In this document: piece after piece, positions 1 to 13,487 of the stretch | Layout: each line of letters opens with the position of its first letter | Numbering within the stretch: the first letter of the stretch is position 1 | DNA from: the human T2T-CHM13v2.0 reference genome, Homo sapiens | Direction: 5' to 3' (one strand) | Assembly (NCBI RefSeq): GCF_009914755.1 | Contig: NC_060944.1 | DNA: 64,000 bases | Translations under genes and position numbers: made by a program | The notes under the pieces: generated by a model | What the model was told of the DNA's origin: nothing | Databases searched by the model: none | Seen by the model: only the letters and a program-made list of their open reading frames with translations

Positions 1-34
1 CAATGATCAGATTTTGCCACAAATAGATGCTATT

Positions 35-140
35 CTTGTTATCCTTGCTTTTAGATAAAATTGAGGCTCAGAAAGATTAAATACCTTACCTAGGGTCATG
101 CAACTCCCAGCCTGCCCCTACAGCCTGTGCCTGCAATAAC
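35..140 (-). mobile_element. MIR fragment
   Basis: ttagataaaattgaggctcagaaagattaa resembles MIR core. Confidence 0.6.
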
Positions 141-1581
141 CACTATCATATAATTCCATTTAATTAGATTTCAGAGATGCCAATTACCTAAGGAGGGTCC
201 AATGACAGGCAAATTCTATTTTTTAAAAAAATCTAACATTCAAACAAATTGAGCATTCAGACATCACAACTTTGTCAAAAACCCTAACGATCACAGCAAA
301 TGTAGAAAAACACAGGAGAAAAAATGTTTAAACTATACACACAGAGGTATGAAAGAGAAGCAAGACCAGCTTTTGCACAGATCAACAGTCCTTCCAGAGA
401 AGAAAAAGCCCATCACATGTTCCGGAAGCCAATTTAACTAGGATGATCACAAAGAAGAAACAAGGGAGTGTACCAAGTGGCAACGCAGCCACAGGGTGGG
501 GAAGTCATGCTTGAAATCACTAAGAATAAAAGTTTGAGCACTGGGGCCTGAGTGAATATTAAATGGGCTCTGTGGGTTTAAGTAATACAACTCAACAACA
601 CCCTGCAATAACTTTGAACTCTTGGATCTTGGGGAAATGGCCTGGGGAATGAGAAAATTCTCCAAGAGAAATATTATTTGTATTCCATGGTTGTAAAAGT
701 TAATAGCCCTCCCCCATTCCAAACCATGGCATCCCAAACCAGAGGAAGGGAAATTTGAAACATGTAATTTAGAAGCTGGGCTACAAGGAGGAGAGCCTGA
801 CCCCCAAGCTAAAGCTGCCTGGGGCTTTATTTACACAGGTCTAGAAGCTGAGTGGCTCTAACTGTTGGGAAAATCTTTCTGAAATTCCACAATTTGGTTT
901 ACCTTCCCCCTGCTAGGATGAGGTTGCTCACAAAATCATGGTTTCATAGAATGCAAAAATTAAAAGAGAGCTTAGCGATCATCTAAGGCTCAGATTTAGC
1001 TGGGTCTCATCTTGAAGGAACTCCCTTAACTGGGAATAGCTGCCTGGGTCACAGCACAATGCAAGTGTGTGGAGCTGAGGCTGGATTGAGTGGGACGGAA
1101 TGCTTCATTGTGATTGATTAGTCATGTCTGCTTCAGGCACAGAATGATAGGCGAAGCATATGCATCGAATGTTTTTTCACTGTAAACTTGGTGAAACCCT
1201 TCATTTTACAGAGGAAGTAAGTGAGGCTCTCTGAGCGAAAGCAAATTGCTCTAAGCCTTTTTGGTAGCTGAGTGAGAATGACAAGTCAGTTCTCTTCAGT
1301 TCTCATCCTGTCTTCCTTTTACCATTAGCTTCTGTGGCTGGCAACTAGAATTTTCGCAAGAGTAATTCCTAACAGCCATTCATGCTCCACTCAAACAGAA
1401 AGACCTGCCCTTTTAAGGGAATTCATTTCCACTTTCCTTGATTCCCATTCAGGTCTGAGTGTGGCACAATTGGAGGTAGTAGTTTAATTTTGGTAGTCGA
1501 CATCCTCGGTTGGACAACAGTAAGGGTAACCCTGTGTGCTGCTATAACAAATAATCCCTAAACCACAGTGGCTTAACACTG

Positions 1582-2036
1582 AATGCTGGGTAAAGAATGG
1601 CCCCTCGCAGGTGACCAGGTCCTAATTTCCAGAACCTATATAATACTTTACATGGTAAAAGGGACTTTGCAGATGTGATTAAAGATATTGGGATAGACAG
1701 ATTAACTGGACCTCTTATAACGGTTTTTCTAAGAAGGAGGCAGAAGAAGAAGGAGATAAGATGACAGAGCACAGACAGGGGCAGAGAGAGATCTGAAGAT
1801 GCTGCACTCCCGGCTTTGAAGACAGAGGAAGGAGCCAGGAAAGGCAGGGTGGCCTCTAGAAGATGGAAAAGGCAAGGAAACGGATTCTTCCTCCAGCCTC
1901 TAGAAGGGAATACAGTCCTGGTGAGACCTTGACTTTAGGCCTTCTGACCTCCAGAACTATAAGATAATACATTTTTGATGTTTAAGACCACCGAGTTTGT
2001 GGTAATGTGTACAGCAGAAACTGGAAATTAACATAC
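1582..2036 (+). mobile_element. MaLR solo LTR (MLT1C/D-like)
   Basis: gggactttgcagatgtgattaa...gacctccagaact...tttgtggtaat...taacataca. Confidence 0.8.
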
Positions 2037-2859
2037 ACAGTAAAAGTTTACTTCCTGCCCCTCTCACAATCTAACAAAGTGAGACCATCTCCCAAGTCAC
2101 GACTGGGGCTAGGCCCCTACCATCATCAGGCTCTAGGGGTCCCAGGGCCTCCAGCCAACCAAAGCTCAGACAGAAGAGGTGAGGGCAGAGATCCTGCAGG
2201 AGGCTCCAAGTGCCAGGCTTCGAAGTGACTTCCACCCACCCTTCGTCTGGCAAACCCATCCCACCGCACCACTGAGCGGCAAGTGTCTCCTGGGAGCCCA
2301 AGAGGAGTATCAGATGGTTTGAGAAACACACGGCATCTGTCTCTCCACTCATCCCCTTTCCTCTTCTTGCCATCACTTCCTCCCCCAATTCTTTAGTCCT
2401 CAAGAGTCAAGCAAACCTGGCTCTGATCCCAGCTTGCTACTCAATAGCCGCAAGCAACTAACTGGACCTCTCTGACCCACTGCATCGTTATCTATAAAAT
2501 GAGGAAGGGGGTAAACAATTGTTATCATAACTGTGAATAGATTATACCATTATTATAGGCATATTTTTATATAGGTCTAAGAGTTAGGTGATAGAGCATA
2601 AAATGAAAACACTTTTCCAGAGGTTCTTAGCCTGGGGACATCCTCAGAATTGCACGTGGACTTTTAACAACCACACATAAGGGGCCTCCACAGGTGGCGG
2701 CTGCCACATGGGATGATTCCGCAGCTGGATCATGACTGCTCAGTTCAAAGGCAACATACCGGGAACCTAATACTGGCTCTCAAGACAGGACGCAGCATCA
2801 GTCACTTAAGAAGCTGCATCGCCCTCCCCAGGAATATTTACATTGTAAATTTGAGCTCC

Positions 2860-3175
2860 AACCGCAAAAACATCCTGCTAAGTGAAAGAAGCCAGACACA
2901 AAAGACCACAGAGTGTATAATTCCATTTATAGGAGATACTCAGAGTGGGTCACCTCGTGCAGACAGAAAGCAGATTCGTGGTTACCAGGGGCTGGGGCAG
3001 AGGGAAGTGGGAAAGACTTTTTAACAGGTATGGGGTTTCCCTTCGAGGGATGAAAATGTTTGCAGCTACAGGTGATGGCTGCACAACAGTGAACACACGA
3101 AGTGCCACTGAAGTTCACGCCTCCAAATGGTTGATTTTACATTATGTGAATTTCACCTCAATTTTGTTTTTAAAA
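2860..3175 (+). mobile_element. Old L1 3' end (L1MB-like)
   Basis: gctaagtgaaagaagccagacacaaaag...gtggttaccaggggctgggg...ttatgtgaatttcacctcaat. Confidence 0.8.
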
Positions 3176-3689
3176 AGCAACATCTCTGCTTCAGGGACAT
3201 ATTTAAAGGCCAGCATAGCCCCAGTTGGCCTGAAATCAAATCTCAATCCTTTGCCTATATATCAAATTGTTCCTGTGTCAACCTAAGGCCCCTACACAGT
3301 AACTGAGACACAAGGACAGTCTTCCCCAGCTGCTGGGGGTGTCAGTGACCAAGGCCTTTGGCTGACAAAAGCCGTATCCCCAACATCACACCCTGTCCCA
3401 GGAGGTGGTGACCTTGTGCCCATTGACAGGTTATGGGGTAGGGAGGCCTGGTCTCTTGCTCAAGGCAGGACACCTCTGCAGGAGCACAGGACCCGGTTGA
3501 GGCCCTTGCGGTCACCACATCCCCATCCATCCCCATCCGCATCCTCTGTCCACCTTGCTGACGTCCCCACCCCACTGATCCCAAAGCTCTTCCCCCAGCA
3601 ACCTCTGCAGCAAATCTCCCTCTGAGATTTGCCGGGACACCCAACCTAAGATGCCTGCCCAAGATGAGTTCTGCTGTCAAGTTCTACAG

Positions 3690-3900
3690 CAGTGGTTTCA
3701 ACCAGGCAGCAATGTCTCCCACAAGGGATGGAGCTCCATGAGACGTTTTTGTTTATCAGGACTTGGGGGGTGCAGGTGCTACCAGCGTCTAGCAGGTAGA
3801 GGCTGGGACACAGCTAAATATCCTATAATGCCCAGGAAAGCCTCACTGCCACAAAGAATGATCCAGCCCAAAATAGCAGTGGGGAGGTTGAGAAACCCTG
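3690..3900 (+). mobile_element. MER20 (hAT-Charlie MITE)
   Basis: cagtggtttcaacc...gctaaatatcctataatgcccagg...ggttgagaaaccctg termini. Confidence 0.75.
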
Positions 3901-6411
3901 TTCTAGAACAGAAGCTCCTTGAAGACAGGGTTTTTTTTTTTTCTTTCTGTCACACGTCCAGCACATAGTAGCTGTTCAATCCATACTTGCAGAATAAATG
4001 AGTGAGGGACTGAATGTGAAAACCCACCAGGGCACCTCCACCTCTCCTCAGGTGACGTCTCCTCAGAACAGACTTCACTGAGGCTTCCATACTCTGCCTC
4101 CTCTTCCCCCGAGGACTTAAGGCTTTCTGTGGTCTGGCTCCTGCCTGCCATTTGGCCTCATTTCTTAGCATCCTCCTCCTTGCTCACAGTCGTACAGTTT
4201 TCTTGGCCTTCTTGGGTCCTCAAATACACAAGCTCACTCAGCAACTTAAGGGCATCAATCATGGGGTCCCTGCATCTCAGTTTCTTGCAGGGCAGGCTCC
4301 TTACCTGATGGTCTTTCTAAAATAAATCCTGTGGCCCTTCTGGTTGCTCTTACCACATCCTGTTTGTTTCCTGCACGGCCCTTGCTATCACGCAAAACGA
4401 CCTTTGCTTGGTTGCGCATTGTTTGTTCTCCGTCTTGTCTCCTGGGAAGATGCCACGATGCAGTTTTTCTCCACTTTGCTCTGTACTGTGGAATTATCTG
4501 TTGACTGGATGAATACAGGAATTGGCAGAACAACTGGTACCCTGGACTTGTGATAACGGGGGCCCAGTGAACTGGGCCTCATGGAGGTTCAGGACCCGTT
4601 GAAAGAAAGAAGGAAGGGTGGGCCTGCTGGGGAGAGGGGCCGCCACATGCGCACTGGCGTCTGCTAACAAGGGCAAGTGTGGACGAACTCCTGGGGGCTG
4701 AGTCATCTCTTTCTCTGTAGCTGTGCGGGAGGCAGATGCCTTCAGGCTGGGCAGGAGAGAGGAGGCCCAGAATTTTGTGCTGGGAAGTTCGAGGCAGAGC
4801 ACGGGCAGAATTTGTTGTCACAGGGAGATGTCAGCCCCACGCCCCCCATGTCAAAGGACTCTTAATTACGCTGCCAAAAGCAAGGCTCAGTGCTAACCTG
4901 TGACCCCAAAGGTGTTTATATTTCCCTCCAACATTCTCTTTTGATCATCCCCCTAGAGTCAAAAGTATCCCAAGTCTTGAAGATAAACTGTTAGTTTTAT
5001 GGGGTCGCTTTTACTCCTACCAGAAAATAAGACAAATGCACCGCACGGTGTTTGAGGGAAGCCATTTGCATTTCCCTGCCTCTCTCCTGCTTTGTCCGCT
5101 ACCTTCTGCACTGGTGGAGGCTCCTCTCACCACCTGCACAAGGCTGTCCTGCTCTTTGCTGCCTGCTTCTTATCCAGATTTTACCCAAACTGAAACAAAA
5201 GGAAGCAAGATGAGATCTACGTGCAGTCACCCTCACCTGCTGGCAGGGGACAGAAGCAAATAGTTCTTTTCAAGTTAGCAACGAACTTTCAGAAATCTGT
5301 AAGATGTGGCTCTCAAAAAAGGTACTGGTGAAAAACCTCTTCTTAACAGAGATGAAAACCTGATATAACTGAATGTGGAACGGCAGGGGATGGTACCATC
5401 CTCCGGGATCATCCATTATGAGGCCACGCTCTGCAGCTGTAACAATGGATATTAGGAAAGTGTACTCATTGATCTGGAAAGAGGTTGGTTTTCCATCCAA
5501 AGGGAGGTGGCAGATAAATTAGTGAACAGGACTCTAGCAGATGCTGTGGGGGCCCTGTCCTTACCCCCTTGGCCTTCACTTTTCCCGGGTATTAGAACGC
5601 AATAGCTCCCAGTGCCAGGACATGCTAGTGCTCCCCAGAAGTACTCAGGGCAGAGGGGTTAACACTCTCCTGGGAGCAGCCCTCAGGCAATGATTAATGG
5701 TAGGAGTGAATGCACTGTTCATCTCCTCAAGGGCTAACTCCCAGGCACCTCCTGAACCACCTATGGGAAGCCCCCAGTGAAACTGACCCCCAGGTGCCCA
5801 CAGAAGAAACCTGCTCCCTTCTGTCTGCCCAGCTAATCCTTCTTGGAATCAGTTCCCAATTCACTCACTTGCCACCCTGGGGGTTAGAGGCTATAGAAAG
5901 GGGCAGGAGTTTGCCATTCCTGATACAGGAATGATAAGCACAGAGAGGACATGGGGCGTTACACGTGGGCTGCCAGCCACACAGTGGAGGCAGTGCCTGT
6001 GCTTAGGAATCTGAATGTTAAGTACGCATTCCTGCCCGGAGAGATTCCCGTGCTCAACCAGCAATGGAGCCTCCGCCAAGCCCACGCCACCGAGACCATG
6101 GAGCTCAGACATCAGCCTGCTGCGAAGTCATCTGGGGAGCATGTTAAGAGGCTTGGATCTGGACCTTACCCAGAAAGTGGGACCCAGCAGGCATGTAGTG
6201 GGCCCAGGAATAGGCATATTACACAAGGACCCCAAGCAGTTCTGAGTTACAGGGTGAGAAACACTGGACTGGCAGAGTGGCAGTGTCTAGTGTCCACTAG
6301 ACAGAGGCTGCTCTCTAAAGAGAGCACATGCTTGTATTCCTGACGGTGGCCAAGGATTACCCATGTGATCTCCCCTCGGCTGCCCAGAGCAGGGGAAGGA
6401 GAAATGCTGCC

Positions 6412-7020
6412 TGTGTTTGTTTCCTAATGCTGCTGTAAGAAATTATTACCAACGTGATGGGCTTAAACCCACAGCCGTTTATTGCCGATAAGCTGATGCC
6501 CCTTCTGTAGGTGAGAAGTCCCAGTGGACTCAGTGAGGTCTCGGCCTTGGATCTCACAAGGCTGAGATCTAGGTGTCGGCAGGGCTGAGCTCCTTCCTGG
6601 AGGCTCTGGGGAGGAATCCAGAGCTGGAATTCCAGGCTGATTCAGTGGCTGGCTGGATTCAGTTCCTTGTGTGTGAAGGACTGAGGTCCCCGCTCCTCGC
6701 TGGCTGTGAGCCCGGACAGGCTCTGAGAAGCTGCTGCGGTCCTGTCTGCGCTTTACATGTGCCTCCTCCAGCAATGGTTAGTTGAGTCCCTCTCATGCCA
6801 TGAATGTGACGTCTCCTGCCACATCTAACTTTGGCCAGAGAAAGTTCTCTGCTTTTAAGGGCTCATGGGATTACATTGGGTTTACCTGGAAAATCCAAGA
6901 TAATCCCCTACTGTAACATCCCCAACCTTAGTCACATCTGCAGAGTCCCTTTTGTTATGTAAAATTACATACTCTCGGGCTCCAAGGATTAGGGTGCGGA
7001 CATTTTTGAGGGGACATTCT
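6412..7020 (-). mobile_element. MaLR solo LTR (MLT1-type)
   Basis: gctgctgtaagaaatta...gcttaaac...ggaggctctggggaggaatcc...tcacatctgcagagtcccttt. Confidence 0.75.
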
Positions 7021-7353
7021 GCATACAACAATGCTGTATCACAAACAAAGCCACCAGATTTCTGGTCTTCTTGCAAATGATTCTTTGCTTCAGGGATTAT
7101 GTATCTGTAGGCCCGAGACGGAGAAGGCAGGAGGCAGAAGAGTTGGGCCTGCGTGGAATTGAGAGCAAAGATCTTCCTCCATAAGATCAAGGTGTGGGAG
7201 GAGAAGGGCCTTCCTTGTTTTTCTTCTCAGAATGCTGTCATTTAAGGCTGCTCTACTCAGAGCCTTGGCAGTCATCTGGCCACCATGATACAGGGCCAAG
7301 CACAAAGGATGGCAGGCCAGGAGTCCAGGGGGAGGTCATTGCTGACTTAGTTA

Positions 7354-7681
<328 letters not shown>

Positions 7682-7859
7682 GTCCTGGAACCATCTATCT
7701 CCACTATCTCCAGACTTCCTGTTGATGAGATTATCAAATCTCTACTATTTAAGCGAAGTTTAGATGAATGTTCTGTTCCTCACTGATGGAAGCATTCCTA
7801 ACAGATTCGTGTGATGTTTGCAATAGTTTGGAATATTGTTCAACACACAGTCACTCCCC

Positions 7860-8265
7860 TCTCCTTTGCATAATGAGCAGAATATGCCTCTTATCCTGTT
7901 TATGGTGGGCTTGGCAAAGTGACTTGCTTTGGCCAATGAACAGCAATGGATGTGACACATGCAGAGGCCTTCGAAGTCCTTGCAGGTTTGGGCTCTACTC
8001 TTGTGCCCCAGTGATCTGCCATGAGGAGAATACGCCCAGGATAAGCTGCTGCCCCTTCAGCCTGGGCCCCAGAACAAACACATGTGCGGCTGCATGAGCC
8101 CAACCTGTGTCCTATAACCAAGGCCAGCGGACCCTGAGCCTGAAGCAGAGACCTCCAGCAGGGCCCCGCTTAGATCACCTGCATCATGATCAACCGCTGT
8201 CACTGTTCCAAGAAACCGAGCTTAGTAACGGTGTGTTATGCAACATTGTCAATAGCTGACTTGCA
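7860..8265 (+). mobile_element. Old MaLR LTR (MLT1I/J-like)
   Basis: gtgacttgctttggccaatg...gctgccccttcagcctgggccccag...aatagctgac. Confidence 0.6.
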
Positions 8266-8985
8266 CAATAGTGAACATGCAAGAGGTCCACACACTCCTG
8301 TTCCCCAAGACCCTAAAGTCACGTGGGGGAAAGTGATAGAACTCTACTCTGGGGATCCAAGAGCACAGAAAATCTAGGTCAAGCATTCATAGAATACAGG
8401 AGCTGGCAAACTCCCCACATCTCCCTGAGACACAGAGGAGCAGGTACAGAAGAAATGTCTGCCTGGGTGCCTGGAAGCCTCACAGGGTTTCATCGGCTCA
8501 GAACGCCCCAGTATCCAATGAAATCTTCCCATGGGCCGGGCTTTTAGGCTGCTCTGGGAGTTGCGGCCAAGCACTCCCGGAGATGCTCTGCTCTCAAGAT
8601 GCAGAGGGCACAGGTGCGACTGGTGAGAACTGAGGACCACTCCAGAGGGAAGGAGGCAGTTTCCACGGATGTCTGGGTCACCTGGAGAGAATCCAGGCTG
8701 ACATCACTCGCATGCCTGGGCTATTTGGGTCTCCCCCACCCCCCACCACCCGAACTGGAGCAATACTTAGGGAAAGGGAGAACCCAAATCCGTAAAATTA
8801 GGTTTCTGCCACTTGGAACAGGGGCTTGAAAGATAAATTAACTTCCATTAGACTTATATTTCTTGCACACCGTAGACTGCAGACTGAAATTCATGCCCAC
8901 TGTGGACACAGCGAATGTATTTAGTCCCTGGGTATAGTGGTCAGCTTGCTTCAGTTCTGGGAGTCTCCATTCTCATTGGACTAAA

Positions 8986-9199
8986 CCAGAGTCAGCAAAC
9001 CAGGGCTGTTTTGCTCAAATCTGGCTCAAATCTGGCCCACTGCCTGTTTTTGTAAATAAAGTTTCACTGGAATAGCCACGCCCCCTTCGTTCACCGCTAC
9101 AACGACGGGACTGAGTGGATGCGACAGAGACGGTCTGGCCCACAAAGCTGAAAATATCTATTATCTGGCCCTTTGCAAAAAAAGCTTGTCAACCTCTGC
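8986..9199 (+). mobile_element. MER58A (hAT-Charlie)
   Basis: gcctgtttttgtaaataaagttt...ggcccacaaagctgaaaatat...tctggcccttt. Confidence 0.8.
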
Positions 9200-11339
9200 A
9201 CTTTCCCACCTGCTCCAAATCTCAATCTCCCTGCGCTAAGCTCTGCTTTCATTATAGCAACTCAACCAGCGTTGGAGAACGAGGTACACAGCATTCAAGA
9301 AACCCAGCCCTCGTGTGGCCCAGGGAGCTCTTCCCCACACACTACAAAATTCTCCAGACGTCCCCCTCCAATGAGCCAAAGAGATGTGACTGCACAGCAC
9401 TATACCCTCTGCTGCCCGAGATCAATGACTTTTCCTCTTAACTGCTCGCATGGCCTCATCCCTCCTTCCCTGAGACTTCTTCCCAGCTTCCCTCACCCTG
9501 GTGCTCCTCAGGAGAGGCCAAAATGAGAAGAGAGGTCTCCGAGTTTGAGTTCCACACAAAACTCTGCTCTGGCCAGACTCCGCCCAGCACCGTGGATGCC
9601 AGCAGAAACCCCATGTTTGTCCCCATTAATCACAGGCGGAACCTGCAACTTGAGCCCCGTCCACCCGAAATGAGTGGAAAAAGTGCAACCTGACCACAAA
9701 AGTATTATTTTATAAATAAGGCCCTTCAGTAGTGGTTAATTGGATACACATTTTGTAAGATTCAGGGAACATGAAAGCTATCATACTCACATTGACTGGC
9801 TGCGTTCCTGTGAGACTGCAGTGGCCATTTTCTGTGCAATGTCAGGCCCCAGGCTGAAAGTCCTAGCTTGGAGACTTTTATTTTTCCCTTAGGGATATTG
9901 CTTCTCCACCCCAACCTTTACAAAAAAAAAGAGCAAGATTGATTTAGTGTATGTTTAACGGCTCCATAAATCACTCAACATGCCCCAATGTCATCAAAAT
10001 TCTGCCAGAAATGATTTCCACTGAAGCAGATGGCCTGTATGGGAAACTAATCTGGCATGCTTTTATTTCCACCGAATTTCCATGAGCTCCTACTGTGTGT
10101 CAGCGCACACCTGGCCCTGGAAGAGGCTGAGGGGAGTGCTCCAGTCCATGGCCCTGCATCCCAGAAGAGGGAACGCTGCAGGAGCTGGAAGGAGATGTTC
10201 AAGAATACAGGGAATCAGCCTGGAAAACCGTGGGCTGGAAGGCCTGCCCCTGTTTGTCTGAGATGGTTTAAAATTCACACCCTTCTTACGAAGACAGAAT
10301 AAGAAATCCAAGGCTAATTTTGAATGCTCTCTCCTGCTATGCTTATGCTCTGTGGGTAGTCTGGGGACAGTGATGGGACCTAGCTATGCCTGCTACAGAG
10401 AGATGACTGGACAGACGGGTGGCAGGTTGGGGAGGTGGCCTCCCCTCCCCAGCTGGTGCGGGCAAGCTGACAACAGCCCGCACCTGTTGAAGGCTCACCA
10501 GGGAGGGCTGAGGGCCTGATCTCCAAATTGAATGGTCAACCTGGACAGCCACACGAGGCCAAGTGTCTGCATTTGCGTGTGACGTAAACCAGCACATACA
10601 CCAGGGAGAGAGAGCAGCAGGGACTGAGAAATCAGGAGAGCTTCAGAGAGAAGCGGGGTGGAGTTCAGCCGAAGAGAATGAATAGATGGGAGAAAGTGAG
10701 AAATCCATTGTGCTTTCATGACCAAAACAACTCTTGGGAGCAACATGTCATTGTTTCTAAGGAGTAACAATAGTAATAATCACAGCTGAAGTGTACTTTA
10801 AGAGTCAGTCCATGCCAGGAAGTCCATATGCACTATTATCTCTCTGATCACTCAAAACCATCCTAAGAGGTAGTTACGATTATCACACCTAATTCACAGA
10901 TGAAAAAACCAAGTCTCTTAAGTTTCTCAACTTTTCCATCAAAATGCTCCAGGAAGCCGAAGAAAAGGAGCCTGTGAGCTGAAGACTCAGAGGAGTTCCC
11001 CAAGTCTACCGCCGCAAATGCAAAATTTCTTTGAAGTTCTGTTTTCTATATTCCCTTGTTTTTTTTACCCTCTCCTCTATATCTAATATCAGAATGATGT
11101 GCTTAATTGTCTTTGAGTGAAATTTCACAAACTTTCTCCCCTAAAATGCTTCTAATCAAATTACCCTTCCCAGAGGATGAACCTTATTTCTTCTGAGGTT
11201 TTTCCGACTCCTTCACCCACTGACTTGGATCCTGAGGCTAAACATGCTCCAGTTTAAGCAGCTCAGGTGGGGAGCAGGGCTTGGACACAGCTGGCCTCTG
11301 GCCCCCTGTTTTTGTTTGGCATGCATGGTGTCTTTCAGT

Positions 11340-11342
<3 letters not shown>

Positions 11343-11382
<40 letters not shown>
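11343..11382 (+). repeat. (CA)20 microsatellite
   Basis: Perfect dinucleotide run. Confidence 0.98.
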
Positions 11383-11384
<2 letters not shown>

Positions 11385-12429
11385 TCCAGATTTCCAGATT
11401 CTTCTAAAATTGTTTCCACTGTGGCCACAATTGTGTGGCTCTGAGTAGCGACATAGGCTGGGTACAAGACACTAGGGAGTGCTGGGGACTGTGGCAAAAC
11501 TGCCACCACTCCCTAGAGTCTTATATCTAGCCTATGTCACTCTATATTTCTCTAGACCCTGGAGGTGTTTGAGTATATGCTCTTGTCTTGGAACTCTTGG
11601 TGTTTCAGGTACAAAATGCAGAAAAGCCATGGGGTCTCGGTAAGACAGAGAGGGCTCCAATCAAAAGACATCAAGAAGATTCCATTCACAAAATGACCCT
11701 GCAGAGCCATGTCAGCACAGAGAGGGGGAAAAAAGAACCCCAGTGATGCTCAGTGAAGCCCTTTTATTTTCCACTCTACCTCTGATGCTGCTCAAAGTGA
11801 TGAATTAGAGAAGCTCATTTCCTTTGGTTGGAAAAAAAAAACCCAGAAAGCAAAAGAAAAAGCCAGTGTTCAATAAAACGTGGAGGAATGACGCAATGGT
11901 GTGCAGAACCCTCAGAGCGGAGCTGTTAATTGCTTCCTTCCCAGGATGCTGGCCGGCCCCTTTCTCAGGGACTCGGATGCATTTGTCAAGGAAAGTATCA
12001 GCCCCCCATAACTCTCCAAAATGATACAATACATCACTTGAAAGTAAGCTAGGATCAACACGTTGTTAACTGTTTGATCTCGCAAGTCAGAATTAATGAT
12101 AGGTATTTTGCACAAAGAGAAAAAAATGAATGTTAAAAGCCTATTTACGTTAACTAAAGACATCCCTGCACCATCAGGGTTGAGTTGGAGGCGATTTCCT
12201 GCGGCACAGCTGTTCTACGTTTGTTAGTCTGCGGGTGGGTGGCAGCCCAGTAATCAGAGCCAGACTGAGGGTGTGGGGAGCTGAAGAGATGGGGGGCGGG
12301 GGTCAGGAATCTTTACACAGAAAATCCCAGTGACCACCTAGAGAAAGAGGATCCGGGTTAGAGCTCAGAGTGCACTCCTTCAGAGCTTTGGAAAGAGCTG
12401 CAGACCAGTTTCTTCATCTGAAAACTAGA

Positions 12430-13105
12430 CTTCATTCATTAATTCTGAAAACGCTTACAGAGTGTGGGCTGAGCACAGGGGGTCCATTGGGGAGCATTAA
12501 GGACCAGGTCCTTGCCCTCATGGATCTTACAGTCTAGACAAAAAACTTTAACCAATAAGGAAACAAACAGATTAACAGACAAAACTTCAGGTCATGATAA
12601 TACTATAAAGAGAACAGGATGGGATGTACCCAAAAGGGACCAGGGATGGGGCCACTTTAGATTGATGGCCAGGGAAGGCCTCTCTAAGGAAGCAACACTG
12701 GCCTTGAACCCTGGATGGTGTGAGCCAGGCAAACACTCAGGGGCAGAGTGTTCCAGCAAAGGCTGTGGCCGGTGCAAAGGCCCTGGAGCAGGGACAGGCG
12801 TGGAGTGCTCCTGCTACAGCAAGGCAGTCCCTGTGCTGGAACCAAGGGAGGGAGGAGAGTGGTGGCAAAATAGGGACCACAATGTGTACGGCTCTGGGGC
12901 CAAAGAGTCTAGCTATTACTCTGAGTGTGAAGGCATCCATTTGAAGATTCTGAGTAGGAGAGTAATGAGATTTAATTTGCGTTTTAAAAATCTCTCTGGC
13001 TCTGGATGGAAAATAGATTGTGGGCCAGCATGGGGAGAGGAGTCAAGAGACCAGGTATGGGCTATGGGAGGTGTCCAGGCGGAAAGGAGGATTAAAGTAG
13101 ATGAG
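12430..13105 (-). mobile_element. L2 3' fragment
   Basis: ttcattcatt tail, ccttgccctcatggatcttacagtctag, gggaaggcctctct, tgcaaaggccctggag. Confidence 0.75.
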
Positions 13106-13136
13106 GCCGGCAGCCCAGGGCCAGCACACAGTCAGT

Positions 13137-13487
13137 CAGGGCTGGCAAGAGGACAGAGCAAGTGAAGCGTTCACCTAGAGTGCAAAATGTAAGATGGGGA
13201 GAAGGAACTGCCAAAAAACTCGGTAATCAAAATAAATAAAGACACAATTCGTATTACCGATTTTTCCTTTTGCCTCAGGCTCCAATATGGCTTGACACGG
13301 CGCTGCGAATGACCCTGTCTTTCTTTAAAATGCTGATATTTTGTTCATCATGGAATTTTGGGCATTAATTTTGATTTTTAAATGCATTGCATTAAAATAT
13401 CATTTATCTGGATGACTTTTTTGGCACCGCCTTAAATTCTGTGGCTGAGGCAAGTACCTCCTTCGTCATACCCTAATCCTGACTCTG
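13137..13487. mobile_element. hAT-Tip100 MITE with long inverted ends (MER96B-like)
   Basis: ~90 bp imperfect terminal inverted repeats; degenerate 8-bp TSD cagtcagt / cactaagt. Confidence 0.65.

Noticed and set aside
12512-13165. 217-aa ORF
   Set aside because: Non-ATG start, lies in an antisense L2 fragment; no protein family features
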